Under the pieces are notes generated by a model. The model saw nothing but the letters and a program-made list of their open reading frames with translations, was not told where the DNA came from and did not search any database. A stretch of 64,000 bases of DNA from Acidobacteriota bacterium (GTDB lineage Bacteria; Acidobacteriota; Thermoanaerobaculia; Multivoradales; UBA5704), in the NCBI GenBank assembly GCA_040005235.1, contig JBDTZG010000015.1, positions 39,821-103,820 on the forward strand, written 5' to 3'. Position numbers and translations under genes: made by a program. Below are positions 35,146 through 44,508 of this stretch, piece after piece; position 1 is the stretch's first letter, and each line of letters begins with the position of its first letter.

Positions 35146-37821
35146 TCATGACCCTAGCTTACCCTTGAGCGAGTGCAGCAGGTTCAACGCGGCGAGCGGC
35201 GTCATCTGATCGAGGTTCGCCGCGGCGAGCATTTCGGCCACCACCTGGACGGGGGGCGCAAAAAGCGACATCTGCGGATCGGGCGCGCGGCTTACGACCG
35301 GGGCTCCTGCCCCTTTGGCCAGGCGAGGCTTGCCGGAGAGGTCGTATTCGTGCGCTTCGAGGTTCGCGAGCACCTCGGCCGCGCGCACCACCACCTCGTT
35401 CGGCAGACCGGCGAGCCGCGCCACGTGGATGCCGTAGGACTTGTCGGCACTGCCCGAGACGACGCGACGGAGGAAGATGATCTTCTCGTCCCACTCGCGC
35501 ACCGCCATCGTCCGGTTGATCACCCTGGGAAGCAGCTCGGCCAGCTCCGTCAGCTCGTGATAATGGGTCGCGAACAGCACCTTCGATCGGCCGTGCTGGT
35601 GCAGGTGCTCGACGATCGCCCAAGCGAGCGACAGGCCGTCGAACGTCGCGGTGCCGCGGCCTACCTCGTCGAGGATCACCAGGCTCCGGTCCGTCGCATG
35701 GCGGAGGATGTTTGCGGTCTCGATCATCTCGACCATGAACGTCGACTCGCCGCGGGCCAGATCATCCGACGCGCCGACGCGCGAGAAGATTCGATCGCAG
35801 ACGGAGATCTCCGCCGAGTCGGCCGGCACCCAGGAGCCCGCCTGCGCCATCAGCACGATCAGCGCGACCTGCCGCAGGTAGGTCGATTTGCCCCCCATGT
35901 TCGGACCGGTGAGCAGGACGATCTGCTCGGTCTCCGGATCGAGATCGGCGTCGTTCGGCACGAACGCCTCGCGGCTCGCCGGCTCGACCACCGGGTGCCG
36001 CCCCTCGCGGACGCGCACGATGCCGCCTGGCGCGGTCATCTGCGGCCGGACGTAGCGGCCCCGGGCGGCAACCTCGGCAAAGGCCGCGAGGGCATCGAGC
36101 GCCCCCAAGCTGCGGGCGAGCTGCGACAGCCCCTCGGCCGAGGCCGAGATGAGAGCCAGGATCGCGCGGAAATGCTCCTGTTCGAGCGCGATTCGTCGCT
36201 CGTCGGCCGAGAGGATCTGCTCTTCCAGCTCTTTGATTTCCGGGGTGATGTAGCGCTCGGCGTTGACCAGGGTCTGCTTGCGGATGTAGTCCGGCGGCAC
36301 CTTCTGGGAGTTCGAATGGGTGATCTCCAGGTAGTACCCGAACACCCGGTTGTAGCGGATCTTGAGCGAGGGAATCCCGGTCCGCTCCCGCTCGCGCTGC
36401 TCGACCGCCAGGATGTGCTGCTTGCTGTCCCGAGCGAGCGACCGGTACCGGTCGAGCTCCGGATCGACTCCCGCCGCGATCACCGCGCCGTCCGAAGGCG
36501 TTGAGGCGGGAGCCTCTTCGAGCCGGCGCACCAGCTCGGCCCATAGAGTCGGAAGAGGATCGGTCGCGGCGAGGTCATCCAAGAGGGAACCAGAGGGCCC
36601 AACCCCAGCCGAAATTTCGGCCAACGCCTCGGCCGCAGCACGTAGTCCTTCACGCAGGGCCGCCGCTTCGCGCGGCGACATCGTGCCGAGCACCGCCCGG
36701 GCGAGCACGCGCTCCGGGTCGCCGAGCCGTGCGAGCGCGGCGCGGATTCGTTCGCGGCGCGGTTCGTCCGCCACCAGCTCGCCCACTGCGACGTGGCGGG
36801 CGGAAATCGCGGCGGGATCGGAGAGCGGCCGGGCGAGCCAGTCGCGCAGGGTCCGGCCCCCCGGGGGCGAGGCGGTCCGGTCGAGAACGCCAAGCAGCGT
36901 CGCCTTCCGTCGCCCCGTGCCCGCGGCGGCGGCGCGTTGGCTCGCGAAGACCTCCAGGTTCTGAAGGGTCGTGGCGTCCACGATCAGCCGGTCGCCCGGC
37001 TCGCGCACCGCGAGATGGCGCACGTGGGCGAGATCGTTGCGCTGCGTCTCCCGCCCGTAGGCGAGCGCCGCGGCGGCGGCGAGCACCGCGGGCTCCCGTT
37101 CGTCGAGGCCAAATCCGCGCAGGCTCGCGGTGCCAAAATGCCGCGTCAGCAGCTCCGCCGCGCGGCGCGGATCGAACCGCCGGTCGCCGTCCAAAGGCGT
37201 GCGGCAAGGGCATTCCCGTTCCAGCTGATCGAGGATCGCACGCGGCAGCGTCCCTTCTTCGAACAGCGCCTCGCGGGGGGCGAGGATCGCGAGTTGCTCG
37301 ACCGCCTCTTCGACCGAGGCGAAACGGCGGATGAAGAAGGCGCCGGTCGAAACGTCGAGGAAGGCCGCAGCGCCCTGCTCGCCCGCCCAGGCGATCGAGG
37401 CGAGGTAGTTGTCCTCGTTGCCGTGGAGCAGGTCGGGGGAGGAGATCGTCCCCGGCGTGACGATCCGGGTGACCTCGCGGCGCACCAGACCCTTGGCCTG
37501 CGCCGGGTCTTCCACCTGGTCGCAGATCGCGACCCGCAGGCCCGCCGCGAGGAGCTTCGCGATATAGCTCTCTATCGCGTGGTGCGGAACGCCGCACATC
37601 GGCGATTCGTTGGCCGTGCCGCGGTTCCTCGCGGTCAGCTGGACTTCGAGGATCGGCGCCGCGCGCACCGCGTCGTCGTAGAACAGCTCGAAGAAGTCGC
37701 CCATCCGGTAGAGCAGAATCTCTTCCGGATGCACCGCCTTGATCTCCAGGTACTGCCGGAGCATCGGGGTGAGGTTCGTCGCAATCGTCGCTGAAGGGGC
37801 GGAGGCGGTAGAGGCAGACAC
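35146..37821 (-). CDS. mutS: DNA mismatch repair protein MutS
   Basis: TPMLRQY, GDFFELF, TGPNMGGKSTYLRQ, STFMVEM, DEVGRGT, FATHYHEL. Confidence 0.98.
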   Translation of the reverse strand: MSASTASAPSATIATNLTPMLRQYLEIKAVHPEEILLYRMGDFFELFYDDAVRAAPILEVQLTARNRGTANESPMCGVPHHAIESYIAKLLAAGLRVAICDQVEDPAQAKGLVRREVTRIVTPGTISSPDLLHGNEDNYLASIAWAGEQGAAAFLDVSTGAFFIRRFASVEEAVEQLAILAPREALFEEGTLPRAILDQLERECPCRTPLDGDRRFDPRRAAELLTRHFGTASLRGFGLDEREPAVLAAAAALAYGRETQRNDLAHVRHLAVREPGDRLIVDATTLQNLEVFASQRAAAAGTGRRKATLLGVLDRTASPPGGRTLRDWLARPLSDPAAISARHVAVGELVADEPRRERIRAALARLGDPERVLARAVLGTMSPREAAALREGLRAAAEALAEISAGVGPSGSLLDDLAATDPLPTLWAELVRRLEEAPASTPSDGAVIAAGVDPELDRYRSLARDSKQHILAVEQRERERTGIPSLKIRYNRVFGYYLEITHSNSQKVPPDYIRKQTLVNAERYITPEIKELEEQILSADERRIALEQEHFRAILALISASAEGLSQLARSLGALDALAAFAEVAARGRYVRPQMTAPGGIVRVREGRHPVVEPASREAFVPNDADLDPETEQIVLLTGPNMGGKSTYLRQVALIVLMAQAGSWVPADSAEISVCDRIFSRVGASDDLARGESTFMVEMIETANILRHATDRSLVILDEVGRGTATFDGLSLAWAIVEHLHQHGRSKVLFATHYHELTELAELLPRVINRTMAVREWDEKIIFLRRVVSGSADKSYGIHVARLAGLPNEVVVRAAEVLANLEAHEYDLSGKPRLAKGAGAPVVSRAPDPQMSLFAPPVQVVAEMLAAANLDQMTPLAALNLLHSLKGKLGS

Positions 37822-37867
37822 GGCGGGGAAGTATAGCGGGGCGGGTCCACCTATACTTCTCCAGCCT

Positions 37868-38566
37868 ATGCTGGTACTTGCGATCGATTCCGCTTCCCCT
37901 CGGGTCAGCGTCGCCCTCGGCGATCTTCAAGAGGACATCCGCCTGCTCGCCGCCCGCGACGAGGTGGTCGAACGAAGCTCCACCCGGCTCTTGCAGCTCA
38001 TCCGCGAGGTGCTCGAAGAGGCGGATCGAAAGCCCGGCGATCTCGAAGGGTTGCTCGCGCTTTCCGGCCCGGGAAGCTTCACCGGGCTGCGCATCGGCCT
38101 CGCCACCGTTTTCGGTTTCCATCAGGCGTTGGGGGTTCCCGCCGCCGCCCTCCCGACCCTCCGGGTGCTCGCGGCGTGCGCCCCCGAGGGGAGCATGGCG
38201 CTGGGCGCGGTCGATGCGCTGCGCGGCGAATGGACTGTGCAGCCGTTCCGGGCCGGTACGGCACCGGTCGAAATGGGGCCGAGCGAAACTCTCGCCCCCG
38301 AAGCGCTAACCCTGTTAGCTCCGGCGGTCGTGGTCGGGGTCGGGATCACCGTCGTGGCATCTCGCCCCCATTGGCCCCCCGGGCTCGAAGCGATCGAGCC
38401 CGGCACGCTCGCGCCGGTCGCGCTCCGCCTCGCCTGCGCGGAACCGCCCGTCTGGGACGCCCTCGGCCTCACCCGGCCGCTCTATGCCCGGCCTCCGGCA
38501 GCGACCCTGCCGAAACCGCGGGCCCGGATCTCCGTCGCGCCCGACTCCGGAGACTCGGCCGCTTGA
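37868..38566 (+). CDS. tsaB: tRNA threonylcarbamoyladenosine biosynthesis protein TsaB
   Basis: LAIDSA, GPGSFTGLRIG, DALRGE, PLYAR. Confidence 0.9.
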   Translation: MLVLAIDSASPRVSVALGDLQEDIRLLAARDEVVERSSTRLLQLIREVLEEADRKPGDLEGLLALSGPGSFTGLRIGLATVFGFHQALGVPAAALPTLRVLAACAPEGSMALGAVDALRGEWTVQPFRAGTAPVEMGPSETLAPEALTLLAPAVVVGVGITVVASRPHWPPGLEAIEPGTLAPVALRLACAEPPVWDALGLTRPLYARPPAATLPKPRARISVAPDSGDSAA

Positions 38567-39006
38567 CCGTGATCATGATCCGCCCGGCGACCGACGACGA
38601 CCTCGCGGCGATCCTGGCGCTTGAAGAAGAGGGTTTTCCCGATCCCTGGGCGCTCGAAACGCTCGCCGCCGAGCTGCGCTTCCCGGGCTCGTTCGTGCTC
38701 GTGGCGGCCCAACCTCGCGGTTCGGCCCTCGGCTACGCTTCGTTCCGGACCGTCGCGGACGAAGCCGAGCTGCTCCGCCTCTCGGTGGGTTCGGCGGCCC
38801 GGCGCCACGGCCTGGGACGTCGCCTGCTCGAAACCGGGTTCGCCGAGCTCGCCATCCGGTCGCTCGCGAGCTGCTTTCTCGAAGTCCGGGCCGACAACGT
38901 CCCCGCGATCGCGCTCTATCTACGGGTCGGTTTCCGCCTCGCCGGAGAGCGCAAGGGGTACTACAGGGACGGCTCGGACGCCCTCGTCTATGCCCGGGCG
39001 ATTTGA
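38563..39006 (+). CDS. rimI: Ribosomal-protein-alanine N-acetyltransferase (GNAT)
   Basis: FPDPW, RRHGLG, LEVRADN..AIALY, RKGYY; start TTG 38563 (coupled) or ATG 38575. Confidence 0.85.
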   Translation: MTVIMIRPATDDDLAAILALEEEGFPDPWALETLAAELRFPGSFVLVAAQPRGSALGYASFRTVADEAELLRLSVGSAARRHGLGRRLLETGFAELAIRSLASCFLEVRADNVPAIALYLRVGFRLAGERKGYYRDGSDALVYARAI

Positions 39007-39242
39007 CCCCCCTCCTCTTCCCTTGAAGCCCCCGAAATCGGGTGCTATCCTGCCGTCATCAACCTTCCCGCAATGCAAGGCTCAAGGCACTCTTCACCCC
39101 CGGCTCTCCATCCGGAAAGGTGGCGACGAGCTGCCGCTCAAGCCTTTCTCGCTCCCAAGCACGATCCCTCCCGTCCGATCCTTGCCCCCGGCCTTGCCGG
39201 CCGCACGGGCGTCATCCACCCACCTCTTGGAGGAACACCGCC

Positions 39243-39488
39243 ATGCCCCAGACCGACGCCTTGAGAGACGCCTTGAGAGAAGAGCTGCTGCACACGGACG
39301 ACGAGTTCCGCCATCTCCACGACGAGCATCAGGCGGCCGAGAAGAGGCTCGAGGAGCTTTACCACCTCACCCTCCCCTCCCAAGACGACGAGATCGAAGA
39401 GAAAAAGATCAAGCTCCACAAGCTGGCGCTCAAGGACCGGATGGAGCATCGTCTCCGCGAGCATCGCGAGAGCCTCGTCGCGGTCTAG
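39243..39488 (+). CDS. DUF465/YdcH-family small coiled-coil protein
   Basis: EFRHLHDEHQ...KKIKLHKLALKDRM; RBS GGAGG. Confidence 0.8.
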   Translation: MPQTDALRDALREELLHTDDEFRHLHDEHQAAEKRLEELYHLTLPSQDDEIEEKKIKLHKLALKDRMEHRLREHRESLVAV

Positions 39489-39663
39489 AGAAATGCCCCC
39501 GGGAGACCTGGATGGCGTTGCCCGAGGTCGCAGGACCTCCGAGCCGGCCCTGTCGCGAAAAGCCCGGTTCGTTTAAAGTTGCGCCTCCCCGGGTCTCCTG
39601 TGGTTTTCTAGGGCTCTTGCCGGCCCTGTCACTTCTCAAGAATCGGATCGAGATCGAAAATAC

Positions 39664-40323
39664 ATGAGCTTCGCGCGAGAAGGCTGGCCCTTCGTCCTCC
39701 CGTTTCTGTTCCTCGGCGGATTGTTGCTTCTGCTGGGACATCCGAGAACCGCCGCGGGCTTCCTCGTGCTGGCATTTCTCGTCCTGCTGTTCTTTCGTGA
39801 TCCCGCGCGCCATTTCGAAGGCCCGGGCGACGTGATCCTCGCCGCCGCCGACGGCAAGGTGATGAAGATCGATCTGATCGAGGCGCCGGAGATCGGCCCC
39901 GGGCGTTTCCACCGCATCGCGACGTTTCTCTCGGTATTCGACGTCCACGTCCAGAAGGTTCCGACGGCGGGCGAGGTGGTCAAATCGACGCTCACCCGCG
40001 GCAAGATGGTCCCCGCCTACCGATTGGACGCGGATTTGAAGAACGAGAACCACCTCTCGGTGCTCAAGCGCCCGAACGGCGAATTGGTGGGCGTGCGCCA
40101 GATCACCGGTCTGGTCGCCCGCAGGATCGTCTGTTATTTGAAGCCGGGCGAGCGGGTCCACCGAGGCCAAGCGCTCGGATTGATCAAATTCGGCTCGCGC
40201 GTCGATCTGCTGGTCCCCGAGAGCTACGAGGTCAAGGTCCGAGTGGGCGACCGGATGAAGAACGGCGAAACCGCCGTCGCCGTCCCCGCGGCCCCGGCAG
40301 AGACCGCCGGAGCTAACCCATGA
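39664..40323 (+). CDS. psd: Phosphatidylserine decarboxylase proenzyme
   Basis: FFRDP, AADGKV, FLSVFDVH, GLVARRI, IKFGSRVD self-cleavage motif. Confidence 0.95.
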   Translation: MSFAREGWPFVLPFLFLGGLLLLLGHPRTAAGFLVLAFLVLLFFRDPARHFEGPGDVILAAADGKVMKIDLIEAPEIGPGRFHRIATFLSVFDVHVQKVPTAGEVVKSTLTRGKMVPAYRLDADLKNENHLSVLKRPNGELVGVRQITGLVARRIVCYLKPGERVHRGQALGLIKFGSRVDLLVPESYEVKVRVGDRMKNGETAVAVPAAPAETAGANP

Positions 40324-41183
40324 GCGGCCCCACGACCTCTCCGATCGGAAACGACGCCCCCCTCGCGCCGGCACCGGCTTCGCGCCGCGGCGCCCGCTTG
40401 CGCCGGGGCGCCTATCTGCTGCCCAGCCTGTTTACCATCGGCAACATCGTGATGGGGTTCTACGCCGTGATCTCCGGCCTGCGCGGCGAATTCGGCAAGG
40501 CGGCGGCGCTGGTTTTCATCGCCGGGGTGCTCGACGCCTTCGACGGCCGGATCGCCCGGGCGTTCGGCACGGAGAGCGATTTCGGCAAGGAGTACGACTC
40601 GCTCGCCGATGTCTTGACGTTCGGCGCGGCGCCCGCCCTGCTCACCTATCGCTGGGGAATCGAAGCGCTTTCGCCGCGCGACGCCTGGCTCATCCCGCTG
40701 TTTTACCTGGTCTGCACGGCGACCCGCCTCGCGCGGTTCAACGTTCAGCACAAGATCGTCGACCCTCGCTATTTCGTCGGCCTTCCGGCCCCCGCCGCCG
40801 CGGGCACGATCTGCTCGATTCTTTTCTTCGTCCCGGATTTGAACCCGGATTACCAGCGTCCGCTCCAGTGGATCACGGCGGCCGCCCTGGTGGTGATCGG
40901 CCTGCTCATGGTCTCGACGTTTCGCTTCCGCAGCTTCAAGGCCGTCGGCAAAGGCAAGCGATGGAGCTACCGCGCGGTTGTCCCGATCGCGGCGATCGTA
41001 CTGACCATCGTCTACCTTCCGCGCGCGGTATTCTTGGCGATCGCGATTCTCTACGTCAGCTCCGGGCCACTCGCTTCGCTCACCGGGCGCCTCTGGCCGA
41101 AACGGGAAACGCCGCCGACGGACCCTGCGCCCCCCCTCCCGCCATCCCCATCGAGCGGTTCGGGCGAGGGCGCCTCGGCGTGA
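40320..41183 (+). CDS. pssA: CDP-diacylglycerol--serine O-phosphatidyltransferase
   Basis: LPSLFT, DAFDGRIAR, DSLAD, RLARFN, FVGLP. Confidence 0.93.
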   Translation: MSGPTTSPIGNDAPLAPAPASRRGARLRRGAYLLPSLFTIGNIVMGFYAVISGLRGEFGKAAALVFIAGVLDAFDGRIARAFGTESDFGKEYDSLADVLTFGAAPALLTYRWGIEALSPRDAWLIPLFYLVCTATRLARFNVQHKIVDPRYFVGLPAPAAAGTICSILFFVPDLNPDYQRPLQWITAAALVVIGLLMVSTFRFRSFKAVGKGKRWSYRAVVPIAAIVLTIVYLPRAVFLAIAILYVSSGPLASLTGRLWPKRETPPTDPAPPLPPSPSSGSGEGASA

Positions 41184-42151
41184 GCAAGTACGCGATCCTC
41201 CATCCCGCGACTCTCGTAGGCAAGGAGCTGCGCGAGCGGCTCAGCCAACGGCCGGCTTTCGCGGAGCGCGATCCCCTGCTGCTTTCGACCGACGAGGAAG
41301 AGGTCGGCAACCTGACCGACGTGGCGGGCGCCGCGGCGTTCGTCGGCCGTTGGCAGGAGGGGGAGCTGGACTCCTCTGAGCTGGCGTTCTTCTGCGGTAC
41401 CGCCGAGGAGACCCGGGAGGTCCTGAAACACCGGCCGAGCGCAACCACGGCGATCGTCCTCGCGCCCGATGCGGCGGCCGGATCGGGGCGCACCATCGTT
41501 TCGGGCGTCAATTCCGTGGCGCTCAAACCGGGCTCGGTCTATCTCTCGCCCCACCCGGCGGTGATCCTACTCGCCCATCTGCTCCAACCGCTGCGGGCCT
41601 TCGGCGTCGAAGAAGCCGTGGCGACGGTGATTCAACCCGCCTCGATGTACGGCGAGCCGGGTCTCGAAGAGCTGTTCGAGGACACGCGACGGATTTACAC
41701 CCTCGGCAGCCGGAAGAAGACCCCCGTCTTCGGTCAGCAGCTGGCGTTCAACCTGCTCCCCGCGCGGCACGAGCCGGATCTACTCGCGGCCCAGCTCGGC
41801 GAAGTGCTCGCTGGCGAGCCGCCGGTGGCGCTCGAAATCGTCCAAGGCGGCATCCTTCACAGCGTGTCGGTGAGCCTCTGGGTGCGCATGGCGAACGATC
41901 CGGGCGGCCCGGCGCTGCGCAAAGCGCTCGGCCGGCATCCCCACCTCATGCTTTCCGACAACCCCAAGCTGCTCGGACCGATCGACGCCTCCGGCGAAAC
42001 CGACATCCTGGTCGGCAACGTGCGCCGCGACGCCGGACCGGCGGGCGGTACTTGGATCTGGGCGGTGATGGACAATCTCACCCGCGGCGGCGTGATCAAC
42101 GCGCTGGAGATCGCCGAAGCCGTGCTGGAACCGCAGATCCCTCCCAACTGA
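41180..42151 (+). CDS. Aspartate-semialdehyde-dehydrogenase-like protein, apparently catalytically degenerate
   Basis: VSGVN, QLAFNLLP, WAVMDNLTRGG; SPHPA replaces NPNC; GTG overlaps the pssA stop. Confidence 0.75.
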   Translation: MSKYAILHPATLVGKELRERLSQRPAFAERDPLLLSTDEEEVGNLTDVAGAAAFVGRWQEGELDSSELAFFCGTAEETREVLKHRPSATTAIVLAPDAAAGSGRTIVSGVNSVALKPGSVYLSPHPAVILLAHLLQPLRAFGVEEAVATVIQPASMYGEPGLEELFEDTRRIYTLGSRKKTPVFGQQLAFNLLPARHEPDLLAAQLGEVLAGEPPVALEIVQGGILHSVSVSLWVRMANDPGGPALRKALGRHPHLMLSDNPKLLGPIDASGETDILVGNVRRDAGPAGGTWIWAVMDNLTRGGVINALEIAEAVLEPQIPPN

Positions 42152-42194
42152 AGCTGACGTGGATGGCATAATGCTCCAATCACTGCTCCAACCA

Positions 42195-43238
42195 ATGCTC
42201 CAACTCCGATTTTGCAGAAATCTCGGCACCCTCCTGCTCGTATCGTCGCTCGCCGCTCTCCCCCTTTCCGCGCAAGACGAAGACCGCGCGGCCTGTGCTC
42301 AAATCGAGAAGTGGAAGCCCGGCCCCGAAGCCGTCGCAACGCCCGCGGACGCGAACCTGTTCAAGTCCGAAACGCTCGCCTGCACCGACTACCTCTACGG
42401 GATCAACGGCCAGCCGAAGAATTTCGACCTGGCCCGCCGCTGCCTTCTCACCCGGGGCGAATTCAACCAGTTCCTGGCGATGATCTTCGCGAACGGCTGG
42501 GGCGTTCCCCAAGATTACGACGCAGCCACCTACTTTCTCTGCAAGGCGGAGGAGGGGGTCGCTCCGGCGGAGGTGACCGGCATGCTGGAGCACCTCGCCG
42601 GCATGCGCACCGCGAAAACTCCGGAGGATCTCGACTACTGCAAGGAGCTCACGAGCGGCTTCGGCATGAGCGTCTGTCAGCAGCTCGAAAACGATCGCGC
42701 CGACCCGGCGCTTGAAGCGCGGATCGCCGCGGTGGAAAAGACCCTCGATCCGACCGGAAAGAAAGCGCTCGCCGCGCTACGGAAAGCCGCCGACGCCTTG
42801 GCCGAGGCGGACGCCCTGCGCATCGCCGAGGTCAACCGAGGCGGCACGATCTACCCCTCGGTCGTCGCCGGTGCAGCGCAGGAAATCTCGACGGCGTTCG
42901 TCGTCACGCTCGAAAGCTACGCCAAGACGAGGGCGCAAGCCGTGGACGAAGCCACCGTGAAAGCCGCCGACGATCGTTTGAACCAGGCCTTCGGCACGGC
43001 GCGCCAAGCGTTCGAAAAGTGCGACTACTGCCAAGAGACCGAGAAGATCCGTCACGAAGAATTGCGCGACGCCCAGCGCGCCTGGATCGCCTATCGCGAC
43101 GCCTGGAAGGCCCTCTACCAAGCCCGCTGGAAAGGCGCCGCCCCAGGCGCCGCGCTCGATCGCGAGATCGCGACGGCGCTCTCCGTCGCACGGACCGAAG
43201 AGCTGCTCGCGATCGGGAAAGAAGAAGAGGGCGGGTAG
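42195..43238 (+). CDS. Secreted Cys-rich protein with Sel1-like and LprI/DUF1311 domains
   Basis: Signal peptide; ANGWGVPQDYDAA; ADDRLNQAF...LRDAQRAWIAYRD; start uncertain (42171 or 42195). Confidence 0.75.
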   Translation: MLQLRFCRNLGTLLLVSSLAALPLSAQDEDRAACAQIEKWKPGPEAVATPADANLFKSETLACTDYLYGINGQPKNFDLARRCLLTRGEFNQFLAMIFANGWGVPQDYDAATYFLCKAEEGVAPAEVTGMLEHLAGMRTAKTPEDLDYCKELTSGFGMSVCQQLENDRADPALEARIAAVEKTLDPTGKKALAALRKAADALAEADALRIAEVNRGGTIYPSVVAGAAQEISTAFVVTLESYAKTRAQAVDEATVKAADDRLNQAFGTARQAFEKCDYCQETEKIRHEELRDAQRAWIAYRDAWKALYQARWKGAAPGAALDREIATALSVARTEELLAIGKEEEGG

Positions 43239-43248
43239 GCTGCGGCGG

Positions 43249-43428
43249 CTACAGCCCTTTGACCCGCACCGCCACCAGAAGCAGGCCGAAGCCGATGATC
43301 CAAGACCAGAGCGCGACGTTCGCGGGAATCGGCCCGGGGCCGAAGTGGCCGACCAAGGCGATCACGTAGAGGACGAGGCAGATGATAAAGGTGATGTTCT
43401 TCGGGGCATTGCCACTCTGTGCGGCCAT
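43249..43428 (-). CDS. Small two-TM membrane protein
   Basis: MAAQSGNAPKNITFIICLVLYVIALVG...GFGLLLVAVRVKGL; RBS GAGGAGG. Confidence 0.7.
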   Translation of the reverse strand: MAAQSGNAPKNITFIICLVLYVIALVGHFGPGPIPANVALWSWIIGFGLLLVAVRVKGL

Positions 43429-43821
43429 GATGGAGTCCCTCCTCGGATAAGAGATTCGAATGGAGCACAGCTCCCTCTCTACCATCACCACCGGAGAGAC
43501 GGGCGCCATGCAGGCTGATGCAGGAAAAAGGCTGGCGGAGCCTAGAGGGGGAGAGCGCCGCTGTCAACGACGCAGAGCGGCAAAGAAATCCGACTTGCGC
43601 CGCCTTGCGGCAATTCACTACGGTTTCTCGGCAAGCAGAAGGCCGAAACCGAGCAATTCTTTCGTCGAGCTTACGAAATTCGAGCAGTGCGTCGATCGCC
43701 TTGGCCCGGCGCAGCTGGCGCTCCCGCTCTTCGATTGTTTCCTCGATGCCCTGGCCGACGACCTCGCTCGAATCCGAATCGCTCAACTGTCCGGCCCTCC
43801 AGAACCAATCTAGAAGCCGCC

Positions 43822-44409
43822 CTACAGCGCCTCCGCCACTTCTGCCCAGAACGCCGCCAGATCGATCTCCACCCCGGCGAGCGCGGGCGAGCGGTAGGTG
43901 GCCCCCTCAGGAAGAACGACCACGAACGCGCCATCTCGGTTGACGAGGAACTCGATTTGCTGGGTGGTCCGATCGACGATCCAATATTCCCGAACTCCGG
44001 AATGTGCATAGAGCCCGAGCTTTTCGCCGCGGTCGCGGCGCGCGGTACCAAGCGAGAGGACTTCGACCACGAGATCGGGCGCCCCGGTAATGAAGTCGCC
44101 GACGATTCCGAGATTTTCGGGTGCGACGTAAACGACATCCGGCTGGACCACCGAATGATCGGCCAGAGTCACGTCGAGCGGCGCGATGAAGGCCTTTCCG
44201 CCGGTTCCGCGCGCGATCGCGTGGAGCAGCTTCCAGAGGAGCGAGGCGACCATCTGATGGGACGCGGTAGGGCTCGGCATCAAATAGAACCTTCCCAGAA
44301 TCAGCTCGCAACGCGGCTCGTCGGGCAGCGCCGCGTAGTCCTCGGCGCGGTAGGGGCCAAGGCCAATGGGCGAGTAGCTCGGCGGCGGGTCGAAGAGGGC
44401 AACGGACAT
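43822..44409 (-). CDS. Uma2-family endonuclease
   Basis: ELILG..YLMPSP..HQ, VVQPDV, APDLVVEVLS, GVREYWIVD. Confidence 0.92.
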   Translation of the reverse strand: MSVALFDPPPSYSPIGLGPYRAEDYAALPDEPRCELILGRFYLMPSPTASHQMVASLLWKLLHAIARGTGGKAFIAPLDVTLADHSVVQPDVVYVAPENLGIVGDFITGAPDLVVEVLSLGTARRDRGEKLGLYAHSGVREYWIVDRTTQQIEFLVNRDGAFVVVLPEGATYRSPALAGVEIDLAAFWAEVAEAL

Positions 44410-44508
44410 GGCGAAAGTATAACCTCCTTGGAGCCCACCTCGCTCTGGCCGGCCAACCGCCCGGTGGTGGTAGCGTTCACCCGCCAGACGAACTCCGGAG
44501 ATCCCTTG

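Noticed and set aside
43600-43786. Antitoxin-like fragment (SEVVGQGIEETIEERERQLRRAKAIDALLEFRK) downstream of uma2
   Set aside because: No clear RBS or stop, and the ORF runs on into the next gene region; too weak to annotate.
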